Positions 60,301-64,000 of a DNA stretch of 64,000 nucleotides are shown here, one piece after another. Both the position numbers and the translations under genes were made by a program. The notes under the pieces are model-generated. The model was not told the DNA's origin. It saw only the letters and a list, made by a program, of their open reading frames with translations, and did not search any database. How positions within the stretch are numbered: the first letter of the stretch is position 1; the number at the start of each line of letters is the position of its first letter. This DNA is from Podarcis muralis (lineage: Eukaryota): NCBI RefSeq assembly GCF_964188315.1, contig NC_135665.1:38750001-38814000 (forward strand), given 5' to 3'.

Positions 60301-61501
60301 CAGAATTTATGATTAAGTCTTCTAAATAAAGGGTTCCCAGTACAGTTTATTTCAATTTTAACATTTGTTAAAACAATGGGCACTTGAAGACCATTAAGAG
60401 GCTAGCCAAGATCTTGTGGGAACAGAGCACAACATAATCAAATTTAAAAGGGGAGAAAGCATATTGCCACCTCCGGCCCATCAACAAATATGAAATGCTA
60501 CCAATATTGGCAAGCTGAAATGGCAATATAAAGAGTCCATGGGCCAGTATGAGCGGTAATACGAAATAATACCCCTTCATCAAGCATGAATCAAAGGTTT
60601 ATCCAGTCTCTCCACTGTGGCCAACCCAACTTGACTGAAGAATCAAAAATAACCTTGTGATCCTATCCCACCCTCAACATAACTTCCGCCAGTGTCTCCC
60701 TGATTTCAAAGCTATCAGTGTCTCCAGGAGCACAAGAGTTTGCATGTTTACACAGAAGGAAATCCCTACCAACTTCGCTGTGACTTACTCCCTCGTGCGT
60801 TTAGGATTGCAGCATAAAGTGCATAAAACTGAAAGGAGGGGTCCCTGAGGTTTCTCATGCTGCTCTCAGCGGGCACTTCTCCTTACAGTCATTTATTACT
60901 TCCCTTGCATCGATATCCTGTATACAACTTTTTACCACGTTAGTAGGAAGAATTCGGACTTCTCCCTTACTCCACAATTCAAGGCAGAAAAGAAAATCCG
61001 ATACAGCCGTGTTGATCTGCAAAGAAAAACAACTGAGCTCTGAAAGCGACCGCAAGGCAGTAACTTTATTAGGGACCAACTCCCAACGTCACTCAAAGTC
61101 GCAGAGCAACTCATAACGGCACAACCCCGCTTAGCTTTGCAGTAAGTTTCACAAAGCACCGTATTAAGGACCCTGAAGTTGTTAATAGGATTTGGGGTGG
61201 GAAGGCGGCTGGGAAGCGAGGGGAAGAGAGACCCACGGGCGGCTGAGCTTCTGGTCTCCTCGAAGGAAGCAGCGCCTGCACTTACTTCCCTGAGGAGAGG
61301 AAGCCCAGCCCCCGGCCGCCCCAGCCGCGCCTCACCCCGCCTCCGGCCGTTCCTTACTTACTTCTTGGTGTCGCTGCTGAAGAGCCCGAAGGCCGTCGAG
61401 GCGGAGGAGGAGGAGGAGGCGGCGGTGGGTGTCGCTTCCTGGCCCACCTCGGGCTGAGCGTCCCCGGCCTGCTCGTTGTAGCCGACATTGTTGGTCGACA
61501 T
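1890..61501 (-). CDS. AP3B1: AP-3 complex subunit beta-1, spliced CDS exons 1-15 (5' partial gene; continues left of the window)
   Basis: 15 minus-strand exons join in frame (140+76+75+96+161+67+183+159+98+55+72+63+133+110+177 = 1665 nt) into [11 protein letters not shown]...[38 protein letters not shown]...LYLTNSKQ, matching the vertebrate AP3B1 adaptin trunk as I recall it. All splice sites are GT-AG. Confidence 0.98.
3140..3357. mobile_element. Tc1/mariner (Tigger-like) MITE
   Basis: TIRs CAGTGGTACCTCGGGTTA / TAACCCGAGGTACCACTG, TA flanks. Confidence 0.9.
3360..3582. mobile_element. Tigger-like MITE, older, directly abutting the previous copy
   Basis: TAGTGGTACCTCCGGTTA...GAGGCATTACTG followed by TA; same internal layout, more diverged. 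Confidence 0.82.
5800..6298 (+). mobile_element. BovB (RTE LINE) 3' fragment, 5'-truncated, with internal deletion
   Basis: [23 protein letters not shown]...[12 protein letters not shown] peptide; GGGGTCACGAAGAGTCGGACACGACT followed by a (CAA)n tail. Confidence 0.93.
9180..9303. mobile_element. hAT MITE
   Basis: TAAGGTTACCAG...CTGGTAAACCTTA with 8-bp TSD GTTTACAC. Confidence 0.85.
9622..9731 (-). CDS. AP3B1: AP3B1 exon 14
   Basis: 110 nt; (E)[36 protein letters not shown]; cag| and |gtgagt. Confidence 0.97.
13168..13425 (-). mobile_element. tRNA-derived SINE (Squam3-like) inserted in the DIRS gag
   Basis: Head AGCCAGTGTGGTGTAGTGGTTAAGAGCGG...GGTTCGATTCCCC (A and B boxes), (CTT)n tail, short duplication CCGA at 13164-13167 and 13426-13429. 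Confidence 0.88.
13556..13931 (-). mobile_element. Sauria SINE (Squam1), full length, inserted in the DIRS gag
   Basis: Head GGGACGCGGGTGGCGCTGTGGGTAAAACC, (ACCTTT)n tail, 13-bp TSD TAGAGTCCATAGT (13543-13555 / 13932-13944). Confidence 0.93.
17208..17340 (-). CDS. AP3B1: AP3B1 exon 13
   Basis: 133 nt; [44 protein letters not shown](E); cag| and |gtaagt. Confidence 0.97.
18255..18317 (-). CDS. AP3B1: AP3B1 exon 12
   Basis: 63 nt; [21 protein letters not shown]; tag| and |gtttgt. Confidence 0.97.
18607..18815 (+). mobile_element. Penelope-like element, fold-back (inverted pseudo-LTR) fragment
   Basis: Perfect 84-bp inverted arms (18607-18690 / 18693-18776) containing AGTAGCACCTTAAAGACCAAC, then the tail GACTATGGCAGACCAACACGGCTACC; contains a hammerhead core. 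Confidence 0.85.
18960..20130 (-). mobile_element. L2-clade LINE RT fragment interrupted by a MITE
   Basis: Degraded RT peptides: [37 protein letters not shown]...VINTS; 21-bp tandem duplication near 19988. Confidence 0.82.
19392..19614. mobile_element. Tigger-like MITE nested in L2
   Basis: CAGTGGTACCTCGGGGTA...AAGGTACCACTG, TA flanks. Confidence 0.9.
20263..20559. mobile_element. Tigger-like MITE, second subfamily
   Basis: CAGTGGTGCCCCGCAAGACGAAAA...TTTTCGTCTTGCGAGGCACCACTG, TA flanks. Confidence 0.9.
20630..20765. mobile_element. hAT MITE
   Basis: CAGGCTTCCTCAACCT...AGGTTGAGGAAGCCTA with 8-bp TSD CAGTAGAT. Confidence 0.9.
21036..21328. mobile_element. Tc2/Kanga-like MITE
   Basis: CCGTATACACTTGAGTATAAG...CTTATACTCGAGTATATGTGG, TA flanks. 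Confidence 0.8.
21485..21801. mobile_element. Tc2/Kanga-like MITE with a central palindrome, 24 nt from the exon 11 donor
   Basis: CCGTATTTTTCGCCCCATAGGGCGCAC...GTGCGTCCTATAGGGCGAAAAATAGGG, TA flanks; internal hairpin at about 21648-21710. Confidence 0.85.
21826..21897 (-). CDS. AP3B1: AP3B1 exon 11
   Basis: 72 nt; [24 protein letters not shown]; cag| and |gtatgg. Confidence 0.97.
21990..22044 (-). CDS. AP3B1: AP3B1 exon 10
   Basis: 55 nt; (R)[18 protein letters not shown]; tag| and |gtttga. Confidence 0.96.
22717..22814 (-). CDS. AP3B1: AP3B1 exon 9
   Basis: 98 nt; [32 protein letters not shown](R); cag| and |gtaaat. Confidence 0.97.
23225..23383 (-). CDS. AP3B1: AP3B1 exon 8
   Basis: 159 nt (156 if the distal NAGNAG acceptor is used); [53 protein letters not shown]; |gtaaga donor. 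Confidence 0.94.
24017..24678. mobile_element. Tc2/Kanga-like element, left end present, right end missing
   Basis: TA then CCGTATTTTTCCCTCTATAACACGC; internal (GA)n at about 24358-24393; no matching right TIR found. Right boundary approximate. Confidence 0.65.
25343..25505 (+). mobile_element. CR1 LINE 3' end
   Basis: GGGGGTTGGACTGGATGACC...GGTCCCTTCCACCTCTATGATTCCATGA, the typical CR1 terminus. Confidence 0.82.
25545..26140 (+). promoter_or_regulatory. Second, intronic CpG island with candidate antisense first exon (unidentified)
   Basis: Compound GA repeat (about 25570-25670), dense CpG and GGC/GCA repeats, 47-bp perfect direct repeat (25752-25798 = 25949-25995), ATGs at 25733 and 26058, donor-like CAG|GTAAAT at 26138/26139, then a drop to AT-rich sequence. 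Confidence 0.55.
25570..25670. repeat. Compound GA microsatellite (GAGAGAGAGAGCCC / GC units)
   Basis: Directly visible. Confidence 0.95.
26847..27231. other. Assembly gap (385 nt of N, lone G at 27051)
   Basis: Directly visible. Confidence 0.99.
28638..28855. mobile_element. Tigger-like MITE
   Basis: CAGTGGTACCTCGGGTTA...TAACCAGAGGTACCACTG, TA flanks. Confidence 0.9.
29050..29160 (+). mobile_element. CR1 RT C-terminal fragment
   Basis: ...AAAAAGAATATTGTAGAACTAGAAAAGGTTCAGAAAAGAGTACCCAGAATGATC, encoding a [18 protein letters not shown]-like peptide. Confidence 0.6.
29898..30106. mobile_element. Tigger-like MITE
   Basis: Same TIRs as the 3140 copy, TA flanks. Confidence 0.9.
30937..31119 (-). 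CDS. AP3B1: AP3B1 exon 7
   Basis: 183 nt; [61 protein letters not shown]; tag| and |gtaagt. Confidence 0.97.
31490..31990. repeat. Pyrimidine-rich low-complexity tract
   Basis: Strong C/T bias on the + strand; no credible ORF or unit structure. Confidence 0.6.
34902..35281. other. Assembly gap (380 nt of N, island TCAT at 35074-35077)
   Basis: Directly visible. Confidence 0.99.
36677..36743 (-). CDS. AP3B1: AP3B1 exon 6
   Basis: 67 nt; (S)[22 protein letters not shown]; tag| and |gtaagt. Confidence 0.97.
37334..37494 (-). CDS. AP3B1: AP3B1 exon 5
   Basis: 161 nt; [53 protein letters not shown](S); tag| and |gtatgt. Confidence 0.97.
38915..39010 (-). CDS. AP3B1: AP3B1 exon 4
   Basis: 96 nt; [32 protein letters not shown]; cag| and |gtgagt. 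Confidence 0.97.
40845..40919 (-). CDS. AP3B1: AP3B1 exon 3
   Basis: 75 nt; [25 protein letters not shown]; aag| and |gtatga. Confidence 0.97.
40947..41005 (-). mobile_element. CR1 3' tip just upstream of the exon 3 acceptor
   Basis: Reverse complement GGGGGTTGGACTAGATAACCCTTGGGTCCCTTCCAATTCTATGATTCTAT. Confidence 0.82.
43585..43710 (-). mobile_element. Old, degraded core-SINE fragment
   Basis: Shares GACTGGCCCAAGGTCAC with the 13168 SINE, otherwise diverged. Confidence 0.5.
44799..45160 (-). mobile_element. Sauria SINE (Squam1), full length
   Basis: Near-identical to the 13556 copy; 13-bp TSD TTTCCTGAATAAA (44786-44798 / 45161-45173). Confidence 0.93.
45359..45434 (-). CDS. AP3B1: AP3B1 exon 2
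   Basis: 76 nt; (K)[25 protein letters not shown]; tag| acceptor, |gtatgc donor. Confidence 0.97.
47635..47877. mobile_element. hAT non-autonomous element
   Basis: ..GGGTAGGCAAACT...AGTTTGCTGACCCCTG with 8-bp TSD TTCTAGAC; a partial second hAT MITE follows at about 47893-47985. Confidence 0.88.
48008..49204. mobile_element. Tc2/Kanga-like non-autonomous element (1.2 kb) with an internal hairpin minisatellite
   Basis: CCGTATTTTTCGCACCATAGGACGCAC...GTGCGCCCTATGGAGCGAAAAATACGG, TA flanks; about 3 x 154-bp internal units. Confidence 0.87.
49820..50390 (-). mobile_element. Degraded L2-like LINE 3' region
   Basis: Resembles squamate L2 post-RT sequence (CCAAGGGCAGCCC...AGTAATTTAACCCTGAAGTGACTAGAG); recognised by recall only. 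Confidence 0.55.
50422..51462 (+). mobile_element. BovB with 5' end, endonuclease start and 3' end, middle deleted
   Basis: EN motifs [28 protein letters not shown] join directly at about 51228 to [14 protein letters not shown]. Flanked by ACAACTACCTCTT (50409-50421) and ACAACCACCTCTT (51463-51475). Confidence 0.92.
52190..52621. mobile_element. Tigger-like element (second subfamily), right end only, with internal GC-rich repeats
   Basis: Ends in GTCTTGCGAGGCACCACTG plus TA; repeated GCGGTGGG/CCCACCGC units; no left TIR found. Confidence 0.75.
53940..54036 (+). mobile_element. CR1 3' tip
   Basis: GCAGGGGGTTGG...GTCCCTTCCAACTCTACAGTTCTGTGATTCTA. Confidence 0.75.
54045..54179. mobile_element. 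hAT MITE (same family as 20630)
   Basis: Near-identical body; 8-bp TSD ATCTAATC. Confidence 0.9.
56892..57143. mobile_element. hAT non-autonomous element (same family as 47635)
   Basis: CATGGGTAGGCAAACT...TGACCCCTG with 8-bp TSD CCTTAGGC. Confidence 0.88.
57150..58290 (-). mobile_element. Second DIRS-like fragment (RNase H / Dam region, degraded)
   Basis: Frameshifted peptides: [14 protein letters not shown]...[17 protein letters not shown]...[14 protein letters not shown]...[17 protein letters not shown]. Same domain order as the 12.5-13.0 kb copy; no ITR found. Confidence 0.82.
61362..61501 (-). CDS. AP3B1: AP3B1 exon 1 (coding part)
   Basis: ATG at 61501; [46 protein letters not shown](K); donor AA|GTAAGT; phase 2. 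Confidence 0.95.
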
Positions 61502-61513
61502 GCCCGCGCGCCG

Positions 61514-61543
61514 TTACTACTACTACTACTACCACCACAACTA
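61514..61543. repeat. (CTA)5/(CAC) trinucleotide repeat in the AP3B1 5' leader
   Basis: Directly visible; reads (TAG)5TAA on the sense strand. Confidence 0.9.
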
Positions 61544-62408
61544 CTCCCCCCGCCTCCGGTTCCCTCGCGATCCGACTCTTCCCCGGAAGCTGAAGGAAGA
61601 GCGGCTGCCGGAGGATAGTCACGTGGCGGCCGAGAGGGGCGGGGAAGAGCGGCCTAGGGGAACTTTCTCCGGCCTGCCTCCAGGCGCCGCCGTTGCCACG
61701 GCAACGAGGCCCTTCACGCCCGAAATCCTCCGGCCCGCAGTCACGAGGAAAACCTCCTGCTCGCGACTTCCCGAAGGCGCGCCTTACACCCCCCCCACCC
61801 CACCGCGAGTCACGAGGACACGGAGAAGCCGCTGAGCGATGCCACGTCACCCGCTAAGCGGTTGGTCTCGTGCGCGTACTTGGCGCCACGTGTGCGAAGC
61901 TAAGCTTTCCTTAGTGCCGGGGCCGGACCACCCTCGAGGCACCTCAGGCGGCAAAATCCCATTGCTTCTCCTCACTTCTCTAGTGATGTGGGGGCTGGAG
62001 AAGTGAGGAGAAGCGGAAGCAGCAGCAGTTTCTGATGGGAGGGTCCCTCTACCATGGGAGAAGCGGCTTCTGGCGAGATTTCACCAAAACCTGGAAGTCA
62101 GCAAAGCAGGGCAAAAGGTCCCCCGGTGGTGCTGGAGAAGTTTATCTGCTACTGCCAGAGATGTGAGGAGAAGCGGCGTGGTACAGCAGCAGGCCCACCA
62201 CTACCACCACTGTGCCTCATGATACGATTCAGGAGTGACCAAATTGAGAGGACTCAAGGTCCCTGTTCCTTTCCTAGGTGATCTAGCTGCACAGACACAC
62301 AAAGAGAGAAAGCAACTAGAGGGTTGTTGAGAAGGCCACTACATTTTAAATGGACAAAGGAGGGTTGAACAGCTTTCCAGAAATTGTACCATGTTATTCC
62401 ATACTAAA

Positions 62409-62540
62409 TGGTTGGACAGTGTTCTCGAAGCTACAAACATGAGCCTGACCAAACTGCGGGAGGCAGTGGGAGACAGGAGTGCCTGGCGTACTCTGGTCCA
62501 TGGGGTCACGAAGAGTCGGACACAACTAAACAACAACAAC
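62409..62540 (+). mobile_element. BovB 3' tip (5'-truncated)
   Basis: BovB 3'UTR with (CAA)n tail; 13-bp TSD ATTCCATACTAAA (62396-62408 / 62541-62553). Confidence 0.92.
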
Positions 62541-62690
62541 ATTCCATACTAAAAATCATACTAGAAAACCCCAAAACCTTAAGCACTGCTATACTCAGGA
62601 ACATAAGCATCAGCAGAACAGTCACTGTTTCCTGGACAAGCTGGGAGGGGAGAAGAAATCACTGTTCAGAAAAACCCAAAATTACATATA

Positions 62691-62916
62691 CAGTGGTACC
62701 TCTTGTTACACACTTAATTCGTTCCGGAGGTCCGTTCTTAACCTGAAACTGTTCTTAACCTGAAGCACCACTTTAGCTAATAGGGCCTGCCGCTGCTGCC
62801 GCGCCGCCAGAGCACGATTTCTGTTCTCATCCTGAAGCAAAGTTCTTAATCCGAGATACTATTTCTGGATTAGCGGAATCTGTAACCTGAAGCGTATGTA
62901 ACCCGAGGTACCACTG
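62691..62916. mobile_element. Tigger-like MITE
   Basis: CAGTGGTACCTC...CCCGAGGTACCACTG, TA flanks. Confidence 0.9.
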
Positions 62917-62989
62917 TAAATGGTGGGCACAATTCAAAAATCTGCAAACACCATCAAACACATACCTACCTGGCATAGGAAACACCTTG

Positions 62990-63235
62990 ATCAGCAAGGG
63001 AGAAACCTTGAAGGAGGTTTTCCCAGGGTGAGGCTCATCCATTGCACCAGGCAAAAATATTTCTCTATAACGAGGCCTTTGGCTGATTAAACAATAGGCT
63101 TTTTAATGTAATGGGGGGTATTGGTTTGTTGGTTTTGTTATGTATTTTGTGTTCTCATTTTGTATCTTTATGTTGTGAACTGCTCTGTGATCTTTGGATG
63201 AAGGGCTGTATACGGTTTAAATAAATAGATAAATA
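62990..63235 (+). mobile_element. L2-like 3' end
   Basis: GAGGCTCATCC...GGCCTTTGGC...TTGTGAACTGCTCTG...AAATAAATAGATAAAT tail. Similar degenerate tails at about 6470-6600, 36960-37075 and 56630-56710. Confidence 0.55.
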
Positions 63236-64000
63236 CTGTGAAACTTCTGTTCACCAATTTTCATTTATCACGTTCTGTTGTTTTACTGTTGTTTTATTAA
63301 GTTTATGGGGGGGGGTTTCTTGCAAACCATCCTGCAATAATTTATTTGCTGAATGCTCAGGTTGTATATCTAAACAACTGTCATTTTACTGACTGCAATA
63401 TGGGGCGGGGGAGAGGGTCAGTTGGCCTTATTATGTAGGTACCAGCATACTTTTTAGTGTTAACTGTTACAGTATTATCACTGCATATTTGTTTGGTGCC
63501 CTCTTGTGGTTCAGATTGTGAATTACAAAGTTAACCTTAGTTGTAATTTTATTACAGTATGTAAAGGAAGTGGCCGCCTGATCTTATTCATGTCCACTTG
63601 TAAGTAAGCCCCACTAAGTTAATTTGAAGTGTGTGTGTGTCTCACACAAACTTGCAATTGTTATCCATATATTTTTTTGTTTCATTAATTATGCAGCAGA
63701 AAAAGGGTCACTTCCGGTCAGTATCCAGTATCCAGTATTGCTTCTGAAATATAATTGACCTTCACACTGGCATTGCAGGTTCCATTTCCCCTAAATTTAA
63801 TATTTATTCTTCCCGGTTAGCAAGAAATCAAACTTTGTTAGTGGAACATTTGCACTCCAGTTGCACCGGATTACTAGGTTAGAGCTTTAAAATTTCTTAT
63901 CATTTGTTCAGTGGTTCTCTGCTAATTAACCACAGAATCCCCTTGGGGCACTCCAGTAAGAGAGTGGAATCCAGGAGTATTTGCAAACTATAAACCTTCT

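Larger units (their letters stand above)
61200..61950 (-). promoter_or_regulatory. AP3B1: AP3B1 CpG-island promoter / 5'UTR
   Basis: GC- and CpG-rich stretch around exon 1. Motifs: GTCACGTGGC (61618-61627), RFX X-box-like GTTGCCACGGCAAC (61692-61705), GTCACGAG twice (61740, 61809), GTGACGTGGC on the minus strand (61841-61850), CACGTG (61887-61892). The exact TSS cannot be determined. Confidence 0.85.

Noticed and set aside
61332-61850. 172-aa minus-strand ORF with a poly-Val run overlapping exon 1
   Set aside because: Starts at GTG, is out of frame with AP3B1, and the Val run comes from the microsatellite; typical stop-poor GC-island reading. No upstream ATG seen in the leader.
61950-64000. 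Possible divergent gene (SCAMP1 is the upstream neighbour in human)
   Set aside because: No SCAMP1-like exon or credible ORF; only BovB, MITE and L2 remnants.

Overview
Vertebrate (squamate, probably lacertid lizard) genomic DNA; the taxon is inferred from Sauria SINE, Squam3-like SINE, BovB and Penelope content. The window holds the 5' half of AP3B1 (AP-3 complex subunit beta-1) on the minus strand: a CpG-island promoter at about 61.2-61.95 kb and coding exons 1-15 (ATG 61501 down to 1890; 1665 nt = 555 codons; all introns GT-AG, phases consistent). The gene continues beyond the left edge. Introns are full of transposon relics: a DIRS1-type tyrosine-recombinase retrotransposon with ITRs and ICR, a second DIRS fragment, BovB, L2 and CR1 pieces, SINEs, Tc1/mariner and hAT MITEs, and a Penelope fold-back. 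Best second-look items: (1) an unexplained CpG island with a candidate antisense first exon inside intron 7; (2) a perfect 170-bp Penelope palindrome carrying a minimal hammerhead ribozyme core; (3) the RT-less, internally folded-back DIRS1; (4) a TSD-flanked, internally deleted BovB; (5) tandem long hairpins inside a Tc2-like MITE. I found no firm evidence for a new biological system; these are leads. All family assignments are from recall of consensus motifs, not from database searches.
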